56,418 bases of DNA from a virus (taxonomy: Duplodnaviria; Caudoviricetes): positions 1 to 56,418 of IMG/VR virus record IMGVR_UViG_3300043296_000188. The stretch is one strand, 5' to 3'. Below, in pieces: positions 1-9,314 of this stretch (its first letter is position 1; each line of letters begins with the position of its first letter). A program made the position numbers and the translations under genes. The notes under the pieces are model-generated. The model was given only the letters and a program-made list of their open reading frames with translations, ran no database searches and was not told the origin of the DNA.

Positions 1-127
1 CGGTCAAATACTTGGAATAGCAGAGACTTTGCTGATCAGGTATATTGCTTTGCGGATTGCAGGGGTGATTTGAATTAATGTTTAAAAGATAAACTTAAAT
101 TAGAGAAAGGATAGGATATGGAATACC
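1..127. repeat. 127-bp exact terminal direct repeat, copy 1 (circular assembly overlap)
   Basis: Identical to 56292-56418; 127 is a common assembler k-mer length. Confidence 0.95.
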
Positions 128-351
128 TTTTAAGTGAAAAAGAATATGAGAATCTTGATAAGATAGAATACTATGACACGCTTCTTGGGTCTGTGAAGAT
201 TGCGGCTGAACACGTTAGAAAGTCCGTTTGTCTTCTCGAAACAGGCGGAATAAGTGCATATTGTGACGACTGCCCAATTGCACACCTATGGATCAAAGAA
301 AGACATTCAAACGTTAGATTTTGTCTAAGATCGAAGAACTTTTCAAAGTAA
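118..351 (+). CDS. Hypothetical small Cys-containing protein
   Basis: ORF preceded by AGGA RBS; CDDCP motif. Confidence 0.6.
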   Translation: MEYLLSEKEYENLDKIEYYDTLLGSVKIAAEHVRKSVCLLETGGISAYCDDCPIAHLWIKERHSNVRFCLRSKNFSK

Positions 352-384
352 TCTTTATGATATATAAACACCAAGGATAAACAA

Positions 385-819
385 ATGGAATATGAACTAT
401 ACAAAGACTTCACTCTTTTAGACCTTTATAAAGCTGTATTGCCAAAAGGTCAATACAAAAAAGTATATGCTAAAATTCTAAAAGAATATGAAGAAGAGGA
501 TCAGGATAGACGATGGTTTATAATATCATTTAAATCTATAGAACAATACCCAACCATGATGAAATACTTGCCGTGGTTATGTGAGCTTGGATTTGTTATT
601 AAGGTTGATACTGATATTGTTCTTATTGAAGGTATGCAACTTATTAATACCCAACTTCCTACTGAATTATATAGAGTCCATCGTGTTAATGATAGAATGT
701 GTATTTTTGTTAATAATAATTATGTCTACAGTCTCAGAATTAAAATGAATACATTTAAAATTGGAATGACATTGAGCGAACTAAATAAAATCAAAACCGC
801 TAATTTTACATTAGGATAA
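385..819 (+). CDS. Hypothetical protein
   Basis: 144-aa ORF with AAGGA RBS, in plus-strand gene run. Confidence 0.65.
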   Translation: MEYELYKDFTLLDLYKAVLPKGQYKKVYAKILKEYEEEDQDRRWFIISFKSIEQYPTMMKYLPWLCELGFVIKVDTDIVLIEGMQLINTQLPTELYRVHRVNDRMCIFVNNNYVYSLRIKMNTFKIGMTLSELNKIKTANFTLG

Positions 820-878
820 ACAAATGAACCCATACACACTATTCTTATTCTGTGCATTAGTTATTTTGCTGGCATTGT

Positions 879-1106
879 ATGGAGAGTATTTTTATTACGG
901 AGGATGATAAAATGACAACTAATATTTACAGGGAAATTTATATTGCCAATAAAAACCTAAAATCTCTTTTATCCCAGGTAGAAAAAAGCATAGGTGTAAT
1001 GTCAGTGTCTTTAAACACAGAAGGCCCATCATATGAAGATAAAGAACGGCAAATATTTTATGAGATTTCATGTATTAAGCAGACTATTGAGGAATTTAAG
1101 GAATGA
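879..1106 (+). CDS. Hypothetical protein (true start probably ATG 912)
   Basis: GGAGG precedes ATG 912; stop overlaps next start (ATGA). Confidence 0.55.
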   Translation: MESIFITEDDKMTTNIYREIYIANKNLKSLLSQVEKSIGVMSVSLNTEGPSYEDKERQIFYEISCIKQTIEEFKE

Positions 1107-1594
1107 AATCAATCATAATTGATTCAGAACGCCAAAAGAGATATGCAAAAAATCTCATAGATGAAATGCCCCTGGATGGTTCCTGCCTGGTAATCACAAA
1201 AAAGGTTGATAAATCATCTACTGCAAAGCAACGTGGTCTAAAATGGAAATGGAACGAGGAGATATCAAAAGCCGGCCTTGGAGGTAATGATCTACCCCTA
1301 ACTGTTCATATTTGGAACAAGAAAGAATTTGGGCATCCTATCCTAATGAGAGACGATAATAATTATGCTATTCTGTTTAGAAGTTTCCGAGATCAAGTCC
1401 AGATCCTTGAAGATTATATTGAAAGAATGAAATGGTTTGTTGAGAATTATATTAAAACTGAAAAGTTCAGCCGAGCACAACAGGCAGAATATTTATATTA
1501 TGTCCAGATATATTGGGTTGATAAAGGCGTGAATCTTTGCGACCCTGATGATTATGGTAAAAATTTATTAAGGTTCAAGCCAAAAGGTGAATGA
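1103..1594 (+). CDS. NinB/Orf-like recombination accessory protein
   Basis: S(S)TAKQRGLKWKW resembles the NinB RSxxQNxxxW motif; C-terminal T.KFS..Q.AEYL...GV.L.DP pattern. Confidence 0.6.
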   Translation: MKSIIIDSERQKRYAKNLIDEMPLDGSCLVITKKVDKSSTAKQRGLKWKWNEEISKAGLGGNDLPLTVHIWNKKEFGHPILMRDDNNYAILFRSFRDQVQILEDYIERMKWFVENYIKTEKFSRAQQAEYLYYVQIYWVDKGVNLCDPDDYGKNLLRFKPKGE

Positions 1595-1705
1595 AATGAT
1601 CTCAGTCGCAATAATGATAAACGGCAACACAATAATGGCAAGAAGTGCTGTAAACCAGGGGAGAATGATTTGATTATATATTATCATGACACATAGGAGT
1701 ATGGT

Positions 1706-2263
1706 ATGAATAATATTTTGGGAAGCTTTCATAAGCTTGAGACACTTTGTGAAAATGATTTTGAAGGTAAAGAAATGATACAATGGGTATTAAATCTTAA
1801 GGAATGTGAATCATCTTCAAAATTTTTAAGTGAGGCTATTTGGGTTATTATGTGTTCCGGCATTTCATATAAAGCAGCCAGGACAATGGAAAAAAAATAT
1901 CATGAAACTGGTATTTGCAAACACCCTCATAAAAATAAGGCTGTCAAATCATGGGAAAAGAATTATAAAGAATGGTGGGATGAATATTCTTTATTGTTTA
2001 CAGAATCTAAAAAGCTGGAATTTTTAAAAACATTACCATATATGGGTGGCAAAGCCTTAGTTTACCAATTAGCAAAGAATCTTGGTTTTAAGAATGTCTG
2101 TAAACCAGACGTTCATTTAAATAGACTTGCTCAGATTAATGGTTACAGATCCCCTCAAATAATGTGTAAAGAAATATCTGACGATACCGGCAAGTTTCTT
2201 TCATATATAGACACTATTTTATGGTTTTCTGCAATGAAAGGATGGGCATATAATTTAAAATAA
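1706..2263 (+). CDS. HhH-GPD superfamily DNA glycosylase-like protein
   Basis: Helix-hairpin-helix FLKTLPYMGGK followed by LG..VCKPDVHLNRL and C-terminal IDTILW. Confidence 0.65.
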   Translation: MNNILGSFHKLETLCENDFEGKEMIQWVLNLKECESSSKFLSEAIWVIMCSGISYKAARTMEKKYHETGICKHPHKNKAVKSWEKNYKEWWDEYSLLFTESKKLEFLKTLPYMGGKALVYQLAKNLGFKNVCKPDVHLNRLAQINGYRSPQIMCKEISDDTGKFLSYIDTILWFSAMKGWAYNLK

Positions 2264-2368
2264 CAAAAGATGATACATTGTCCTTGATAATAAAGCTATA
2301 AGGAAAAGATATGAACAAATAATTTGACCCAACCAATACCAGATGATACTCTATAAAAGAGGTGTCAC

Positions 2369-2596
2369 ATGGCAGAAAAAGACAGATGGTAATGTCCCAA
2401 CTGTCGGGTATTATGCGCCGAAGAAATAAAATGCAGCCCGGAAAATATCGTGTTTTGTAAATTTGTTTACACACAAGGTAAATGCTTTTATAGAGAGACA
2501 GTTTCAGAAACAAAAAAACGATTAAAGGAGAGATTAAAAAAGGAAGTATTATCATGTCAAAATACAAATGGGGTAAAAAATCAAAAAGAGTCTTAA
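2369..2596 (+). pseudogene. Small Zn-finger gene with in-frame ochre at codon 8 (MAEKDRW*CPNCRVLC...)
   Basis: GAGGTG RBS and ATG 2369; TAA at 2390-2392; frame stays open to TAA 2594-2596. Confidence 0.5.
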
Positions 2597-2979
2597 GCGA
2601 TGCAAATATATATCTTTATGCCGTATTAAATCATGCACTATCTATGGGAATAATGGACATGGCGGTAATAGAAAGTATCCGGGGTAAAGCTGAACAAAAC
2701 CAATATTTTAAATTAGGTAAAAGTAAAGTTCAATGGCCAAATGGTAAACATAATATTTTGAAAGAGGGTGATAAGTCAGATGCTATAGATGTCACCCCTG
2801 TTGTAAATGGTAAAATTTCATGGAAAAAAGAACATTGCCTCGTCCTGGCTGGAATTATCTTGGCATCAGCCAAAATAATAGGTATCGAAATAAGATGGGG
2901 TGGGAATTGGGATATGGATGGCGAACCAATAACTGATCAGAATTTTCAAGATCTTGTTCATTACGAAATTATGAGTTAA
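2554..2979 (+). CDS. Endolysin, peptidase M15 (L-Ala-D-Glu peptidase-like)
   Basis: R...EQ..YFK.GKS, KHN...SDAIDV, IRWGGNWD, D.VHYE motifs. Confidence 0.85.
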   Translation: MSKYKWGKKSKRVLSDANIYLYAVLNHALSMGIMDMAVIESIRGKAEQNQYFKLGKSKVQWPNGKHNILKEGDKSDAIDVTPVVNGKISWKKEHCLVLAGIILASAKIIGIEIRWGGNWDMDGEPITDQNFQDLVHYEIMS

Positions 2980-3256
2980 TATTTTCCACATTATTAACCA
3001 CAAATCAGTTTAAGATTAAAATATTGACCACAAATATATATCGTTCACCAAATCTGTTCAGTCCATTTATTTGGACATACGTACCCGTTCGGTAATAATT
3101 AAGAGTTAAATCGGGCCAATATGTAAAAGCGTTCCCGTTCGGTTACATTGCAAAAGTCACAAAATACAGGGTTAAAATGCCACCATTGTTCATAAAAGAC
3201 AGGGGTGTTTCCATGTAAAACTAAATATAGAGTTCATTTTTGCATGGTTATTTTCA

Positions 3257-4120
3257 TCATACCCTAAATGCATCGTATTTTATTTTATCTTCTTGCCTAT
3301 TATATTTAAATTCAAGCCAATATGCGCCGACAGTTTTCAATGGAAATTCTTTTTCAACAGGGAATCCGGAAACTTTACCAATCACTTCATCTTTGTATGA
3401 AGGTATTTGAACATGCAATTGTTCTTGCATGTAGGGTCTACATTGTTCTGATAATCTTTCTTGTGGAATTGGAAGTACAAAAGCCTCATGCGTATGACCA
3501 GATAAAACAATGTTGGCATCTGGGAAACTGACAGCCCGTCTATTGGTCTTAATAACTCCTTTAGTTACTGGAGCAGATCCTCCAGATCCATGAAGATATT
3601 TAATATTAATAGATTTCCTTTTTCCACCGGGCTTTGATTCGAAAAGCAGCTTTAGATAGCCAGAATAAGCACCTAATTGTACTGGTGATCCAACTTCATT
3701 AAGCCTTCTTACAAGTCTTTTTAATAAATGAGTTTCATTATGTGATATGATAGATGTTTCATGATTCCCCAAAGCTTGTAAAGCATATTGGTCTTTATAC
3801 GGGAGTAAAAAATCATAGGCATAATCAACAAGGGCATCGAAGTATTCTTCTTTGTCATTAAAAACATTCTGCAAAGCTACTCTTGAGCTTCTTGGATCTT
3901 TTTTACCCTGCATTGCACAAAATAAATCACCCATTTTTATACAAGGCCAGTTATTAACTTTTGCTTCTTCAAGGTGTTTTTTGATTAATTTACGGTCAGT
4001 GTAAGTGTGGTCGATATGTTCGTCAGATGTGCAAAGTATTCTAAACCTCCAGTCTTTATTCGGACCATACTTTATTCTCATTCGTTGTACTGTAGGAGAT
4101 ACTGTTTCAATTTTCCACAA
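3257..4120 (-). CDS. Calcineurin-like metallophosphoesterase
   Basis: SDEH, MGD, GNHE, HG, GHTH motifs; TTG start with GAGG RBS. Confidence 0.85.
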   Translation of the reverse strand: MWKIETVSPTVQRMRIKYGPNKDWRFRILCTSDEHIDHTYTDRKLIKKHLEEAKVNNWPCIKMGDLFCAMQGKKDPRSSRVALQNVFNDKEEYFDALVDYAYDFLLPYKDQYALQALGNHETSIISHNETHLLKRLVRRLNEVGSPVQLGAYSGYLKLLFESKPGGKRKSINIKYLHGSGGSAPVTKGVIKTNRRAVSFPDANIVLSGHTHEAFVLPIPQERLSEQCRPYMQEQLHVQIPSYKDEVIGKVSGFPVEKEFPLKTVGAYWLEFKYNRQEDKIKYDAFRV

Positions 4121-4230
4121 ATTAACCTCTTATTTTAAGAATTGACTATTTTGTAAAGCATTAAGGGTCTTATTGGTTATTTAATTGATCGATTAGAAAA
4201 TTATATGCCTCAATTTTGGGGAATTAAATA

Positions 4231-4641
4231 TTAAAATTTTTCCAGTGGATCTAAGACGTAACGTTTATGAAAATATCCAGGAGCTATCCTTACAACAATT
4301 GTTTTAAATCGTCTTCTGAATGCCCGATCCAGGCGTTTAAAAAATCCTTCTTTCAGCATGTTATCTCTACATATTTGAATTTCTAAATACAATGAGGCTG
4401 CTTTCTGTTTTGAAACCACCGGGACACTGTCTTTTCTGGACCAATAATCATGAGCTACCCCACCTCTGTTTGATGTTCCTTTGATTAATTTTACAGACTC
4501 AAGATCACATATGAAGCCACTTGGAATTTCAACCTCTAAATCAAGAATTTCACTATAATATCTAAATGGTTTATATAAGCGAATGTATTTGCCGCCAACA
4601 ATGTCTTCGTAAATAAGTTTTGATAAGAATTTTGTTTTCAT
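4231..4641 (-). CDS. DUF1353-family protein
   Basis: IPSGFICDLESV and AHDY motifs. Confidence 0.75.
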   Translation of the reverse strand: MKTKFLSKLIYEDIVGGKYIRLYKPFRYYSEILDLEVEIPSGFICDLESVKLIKGTSNRGGVAHDYWSRKDSVPVVSKQKAASLYLEIQICRDNMLKEGFFKRLDRAFRRRFKTIVVRIAPGYFHKRYVLDPLEKF

Positions 4642-4868
4642 TTTGACCTCATCCCTTTTATGAAACCCTTAACCCAATCTATAAAACCAAATTGCCACAT
4701 AAGAAAAGCAAAGATACTGCCACCAAATGCGTAAAGAGCAATACCCCGAGCAAGACTTTTGGATATATCAAAAAAATTATAAATAATCATAGATAGAAGT
4801 ATTAAAAAACCAATCACGCCAATTACAATTCTAAAATGAAACCGGAAAACTTTTAGTATTTTTATCAT
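4638..4868 (-). CDS. Small two-TM membrane protein (possible lysis gene)
   Basis: Two hydrophobic segments; coupled to neighbours. Confidence 0.55.
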   Translation of the reverse strand: MIKILKVFRFHFRIVIGVIGFLILLSMIIYNFFDISKSLARGIALYAFGGSIFAFLMWQFGFIDWVKGFIKGMRSK

Positions 4869-4871
4869 TAA

Positions 4872-5126
4872 TTACCCCCAAAACTTTAATTTTGTCAGCA
4901 TTGCAACGAACCCTCCTACAAAACCCATTGCGGCTGAGAAAGCAGTATTTTTAATTTTTGTTTTCTCAAGTTTTGTGAATCTTTTTTCACAATCTTTCGG
5001 GTGTCCCTGTAAAAGAGATTCTATGTTTTTTATACCCAGGCTTGTTGAGCTATGATAATCAAAAAGTGTGTTTAGCTTAGAATCAGTATCAAATTTTTCA
5101 AAAGTTTCTTTTGTGATTTCAGACAT
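4872..5126 (-). CDS. Holin-like protein (coiled coil plus C-terminal TM)
   Basis: CEKRFTKLEK coil followed by AAMGFVGGFVAML. Confidence 0.5.
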   Translation of the reverse strand: MSEITKETFEKFDTDSKLNTLFDYHSSTSLGIKNIESLLQGHPKDCEKRFTKLEKTKIKNTAFSAAMGFVGGFVAMLTKLKFWG

Positions 5127-5169
5127 ATCAGCCTCATTTTTAGGTTACTTAATCTTATTCCATATATCA

Positions 5170-7227
5170 TTATTGTATTTCCTTATACCATTTAACATCC
5201 CCTATTGTGAATAACAAATTAGAATTGACTTTAAATTCCAAATCATCAGCGTTCGGGAAGAATCCTTTATTTGTCACTGCTGTTCCATATGACCCACCTT
5301 CACCTATTCTCATTTGCTGGCCTGATATTGTACCATATTGCAACGATCCAAAATATTTAGTACCTGAGACTAATGTTAAAGTATATTCTGCTGTATTTAC
5401 ACCGTCTGAGACTTTTAATTTTCCTGTATCATCATCGTAGTAAACTATTGTTCCTGCTTCATCATTTGTGGTGATAAGACCTAATTGTCCGGTTTGTTCT
5501 CCTGTGTTGAATAATGCGGTGAACTCGAAATCTACTTGACCTTTTACATCTGCATGATAAAGTTCTTGGCTGGCTCCGATATTTGGGGCGCGGCCAAAGA
5601 CGGGATAGTTAAATACGTCGAGTTCATTACCATCATTTACACCAACTATAAATAAACCACCATCTATTAATAAATTACTTGTATTGTTTACAAGTGTTCC
5701 ATCAATATTTACAGGATTATATACTGTTGTTTGAATTATCGTTCCTGGGTCATCACCTTTGTACCAATCGTAAACAACCCCGTTTTTGTGTATGAAGTAT
5801 GAATTAACATCCTGACTTGATGCTGTTATCCATTGAGAAAAAGTTAATTCTTCGCTGCCCCCTGCTTGATGCCCATCATAAAAAGGTGTTAAAGAATCAG
5901 AAATATAAGCATTATAATCTGTAACAGGGTAAGATACTGCACCATCAAATAGTGTTATTAACGGGTAACTATTCCCAATATTTTTCAAGATACTATTTTT
6001 AAGAGTCTGAACACCACCAGTTGTATCAAGCCAAAATTCTGCCCTTGTTGCACCTACCGAAAAATTATCCATCAATGTCATATGATACTGATTTGTCGTT
6101 GGAGTATCAATATGGGCTATTCCAGTATTAGTATTGCCAATACCGAGACAAAAGTTCGTGTTAAAATTAGCTGTATCGTGTGCTGTGTATGCGTCACCTG
6201 TATTAACAGCAGGAATTGAGCCATTAAAATCTGATATGTGCCTATTTAATATTACAGTAGCACCACCATTTACAGATACTCCATCATGTGTATTATTGTT
6301 TGATGTACTATCGTTTAAAGTTGTAGTTCCTAATGTCCCATCAATAACAAAGCCGGTAAAATCATTATTAGATACTTCTGAATCTGATATAGAAACAGTT
6401 GCATCAGTACACCAAATACCTTGCTCTTCAGAACCTGATACATTAAAATTAAACGCATTGACTATAGCCCCTGTAATATTTCTGAACCTGACACCTGCTT
6501 TTAGTGATGCTGTAGATGTGATGTTTGAGAGAGTAAAAGTTCCTGAAGTAATTTCCCAGAAACCAATCGCCCCTGAATCCGAAATACCGTCAGCACTCGA
6601 TGTTATACCATCAACGACAACTGTTCCCGAAACTAATCTTAATTGAAGTCCATAACTTGTAGCGTTGCTGATATCAACACTACTAATATTTATATTTTCA
6701 GCACTAACTATCTGTAAAGCACCGGTACATCCATCTATAGTGATCTTTGATAAAATTATATCTGAAAGTGGATGTGCTCCATTTTTTGTAATTTGAATTG
6801 CCTGGTCACTACAATCCGAAACCGAAACAGTATCAAATGTTAATCCTACCTTAGAGCGAATCCAAATTCCATCAACACCACCAGTTGAAATTATATCACG
6901 TAACAAAATACCAGCATTTGAACTGGAACCCTCCCCCCAAATATTACGGCTTGTTGCATCACGAACATTAAGACTATCAAGGGTCAGAAATTCTTTATTT
7001 GAAATATCTATACAGTATGACCTTGTGTCTTCACCATCAATTATAGCATTTTGTAATGTAATTAGGTGATCTAATGTTCCAGATGTTGCAAGAGTCCAAG
7101 TTTCTAAAAAAGGGATTATACCAGATGGTATACCATCAACTATATCATCTCCAACAAGAACAACAGCAGCTTCTAAAGCAGTAAATGTCTCATATGTCTC
7201 ACCTGGACCGATATTATAAATAGTCAT
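5170..7227 (-). CDS. Tail spike / right-handed beta-helix (pectin-lyase-like) protein with extra C-terminal beta domain
   Basis: Periodic G(I/V)x(I/V)...(I/V)xN/D rungs; N-terminal YNIGPGETY; NIGA terminus-like motif followed by about 130 more residues. Confidence 0.7.
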   Translation of the reverse strand: MTIYNIGPGETYETFTALEAAVVLVGDDIVDGIPSGIIPFLETWTLATSGTLDHLITLQNAIIDGEDTRSYCIDISNKEFLTLDSLNVRDATSRNIWGEGSSSNAGILLRDIISTGGVDGIWIRSKVGLTFDTVSVSDCSDQAIQITKNGAHPLSDIILSKITIDGCTGALQIVSAENINISSVDISNATSYGLQLRLVSGTVVVDGITSSADGISDSGAIGFWEITSGTFTLSNITSTASLKAGVRFRNITGAIVNAFNFNVSGSEEQGIWCTDATVSISDSEVSNNDFTGFVIDGTLGTTTLNDSTSNNNTHDGVSVNGGATVILNRHISDFNGSIPAVNTGDAYTAHDTANFNTNFCLGIGNTNTGIAHIDTPTTNQYHMTLMDNFSVGATRAEFWLDTTGGVQTLKNSILKNIGNSYPLITLFDGAVSYPVTDYNAYISDSLTPFYDGHQAGGSEELTFSQWITASSQDVNSYFIHKNGVVYDWYKGDDPGTIIQTTVYNPVNIDGTLVNNTSNLLIDGGLFIVGVNDGNELDVFNYPVFGRAPNIGASQELYHADVKGQVDFEFTALFNTGEQTGQLGLITTNDEAGTIVYYDDDTGKLKVSDGVNTAEYTLTLVSGTKYFGSLQYGTISGQQMRIGEGGSYGTAVTNKGFFPNADDLEFKVNSNLLFTIGDVKWYKEIQ

Positions 7228-7463
7228 TACACACCTCCCAACGGACCAGACATTACTACACCATTAACAGAATTCCGCACATCAGCAGTTATCGTGTAGA
7301 CATTCTCACTTATGGGGGAATTGCCGGAAACGTGGTCAACTAAATTAGGTGGATCAACAAAGAAACTGTATTTTGAAAAATCTGTTCCTATAACCGATAT
7401 CCCACCCCCACCAACAGATATTCCGTTTAAAATGCTTATCCCTTTTTCTCCTACCTTAACCAT
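7227..7463 (-). CDS. Short virion protein with Gly-rich GISV repeats
   Basis: GISILNGISVGGGGISVIG; TAATG coupling to the spike gene. Confidence 0.55.
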   Translation of the reverse strand: MVKVGEKGISILNGISVGGGGISVIGTDFSKYSFFVDPPNLVDHVSGNSPISENVYTITADVRNSVNGVVMSGPLGGV

Positions 7464-7690
7464 TGTTTACACCATGTTATTATTGGTTCTTGGTAATATA
7501 CTAAAAGCCATAGAAGTGAAAGCCAAAATAGTTTCCAATTATGTTCTTTATACCTAAAAAATCTTGTTGGGAAGAAATGATTATCATGTATTAGTTTTTT
7601 AAATTTCTTACCAGCGAATAAATAACAAGCAGTGAATAAAACATGGAAAACAAAAATACTCGTTAATACGGTGATATATTTTTCTATCAT
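7451..7690 (-). CDS. Small two-TM membrane protein
   Basis: Two hydrophobic aromatic-rich segments; ATGA coupling. Confidence 0.55.
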   Translation of the reverse strand: MIEKYITVLTSIFVFHVLFTACYLFAGKKFKKLIHDNHFFPTRFFRYKEHNWKLFWLSLLWLLVYYQEPIITWCKQWLR

Positions 7691-8976
7691 GGTGAGAATA
7701 CCCTCCCCTGACCTTTCATAATAAGTGTAATTAAATCAGTTAAATCATCTTGAACTAAAGCTTCCATCTTTTGTATTGGAGATGCATCTCCATTCAATTC
7801 TGCTACTACTTCAGATTTGGTAAATGTCCATCGCCCGTTAACTCCATGATTACCAGCGGGTGCTTTATCTGTATAGGAAACATCATACATATCAAGCTTC
7901 ATATCACCATTATTTTTCCAGTTAGCAAACACCACTGTTCGACCAGCTTCTGTTGTAGCCCGTAAAGAAAGGCCATTTGTTAAAGCAGCCATACCACCAA
8001 ATTTTCCGTCATCTGGAGCGGTGGCATCTGTAATAGAAAATAAAATTCTTGTTAATTGCCAAATAGTTAATGGAGGCGGATCTATTTCAAATATTTCTGG
8101 ATTTGCTAAAGTGCCAACAACAGCCATATTAGTTGTAACTTCATCTATCTCAGCAGCTACCGTATAGTCATTTCCAATAGGACGATCGAGAGTAACTACT
8201 AAAGCAGTAATATCAGTAATAGTTATTAATCCTATTTCTTGAGTACCATTTTCTCTTAATTTGATTTCACTCCCTTCAGCAAAGCCAGCAACGGAAGTAA
8301 AATTAATAGATGTGTCACCCTCACTTATTGGAGAACTTGGTGTGGTTGTAGTTCCTGTATGTTGATGAAATGTTTCATTAACTATTTTACGGTGTACCCA
8401 AGCTTTATTTATATTAAGAGCTTCTCGATAAGAGGTTATGTTTTCAAAATTACCAGTTAAATCACTTTTAGCTTTATTAACATTAGTTACAAGCTCAGCA
8501 TCATCTTCATCAATTATACTATCTTGTATTCTATGACTTGATGGTTTAACATAATCAGACTTTAATTGTACCTCAAGGTCAAAGAATGTCTGAATAATTC
8601 CACCGTTTGTATATGTTACTCGCATATAACGACCAGCAGGTTGAAAACTGAATGTTTTGCCTTTATTTGCTGGAATAGTAAATTCATCAGTATTTATCAC
8701 ATCAGATTCGTTAGGGCTAAATTCAACTTTTAAGCCATCGGTAGCACTTGCCACGTTAGATTTAACACCAATAATTATTGAACTAAATTGAAGTATCTCT
8801 ATCCATTCACCTATAAAAGGTTCATCTGGATCTAATATTTCTGAAGATGAATTTTCGACAGAAATAAAACTATACTCTCTCACAGGTAATGGGTTCTGAA
8901 CATTAACTACCTGCCTATCTCCTGAATCATCTTCATACCCAAGCTTACCACTACCCGTCTGAATTTGTATAACCAT
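7687..8976 (-). CDS. Virion structural protein (beta-rich, multi-domain)
   Basis: 429 aa, acidic and beta-rich, located in tail region. Confidence 0.6.
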   Translation of the reverse strand: MVIQIQTGSGKLGYEDDSGDRQVVNVQNPLPVREYSFISVENSSSEILDPDEPFIGEWIEILQFSSIIIGVKSNVASATDGLKVEFSPNESDVINTDEFTIPANKGKTFSFQPAGRYMRVTYTNGGIIQTFFDLEVQLKSDYVKPSSHRIQDSIIDEDDAELVTNVNKAKSDLTGNFENITSYREALNINKAWVHRKIVNETFHQHTGTTTTPSSPISEGDTSINFTSVAGFAEGSEIKLRENGTQEIGLITITDITALVVTLDRPIGNDYTVAAEIDEVTTNMAVVGTLANPEIFEIDPPPLTIWQLTRILFSITDATAPDDGKFGGMAALTNGLSLRATTEAGRTVVFANWKNNGDMKLDMYDVSYTDKAPAGNHGVNGRWTFTKSEVVAELNGDASPIQKMEALVQDDLTDLITLIMKGQGRVFSP

Positions 8977-8984
8977 AATGAGCC

Positions 8985-9266
8985 TTATTCGTTTCGGGTT
9001 ATTACTACTTCAATAACAGCATCATCCCCAGCATCAGCTAATTTAGCGACAAACAATGTTCCACCTTTATCACCAATAAACTCGGTAATTGATAATGCTC
9101 CGTCTGCGTCTACAGTCCAGTAAGCCGTAGATAGTAAAGACTTTTTAGCAAGAAAAGATGCACCACCTCTCATTTTCATAGAATATGCCCAGCAAACTTG
9201 ATCAATGTTTAATTTCACTTCTGTGAATGTCGTATCGTTTATAGTTTCGTTAATTACTTCTTCCAT
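8985..9266 (-). CDS. Small virion structural protein
   Basis: AAGGAAGG RBS; beta-rich 93 aa. Confidence 0.6.
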   Translation of the reverse strand: MEEVINETINDTTFTEVKLNIDQVCWAYSMKMRGGASFLAKKSLLSTAYWTVDADGALSITEFIGDKGGTLFVAKLADAGDDAVIEVVITRNE

Positions 9267-9314
9267 GTTAACCTTCCTTTTTCTTTAGTATAAACTTTTT
9301 GTTGAAAAATTGCT

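Noticed and set aside
2390-2392. Stop-codon reassignment suggested by an in-frame stop
   Set aside because: TAA, TAG and TGA all end conserved genes with tight coupling, and core genes are intact in the standard code
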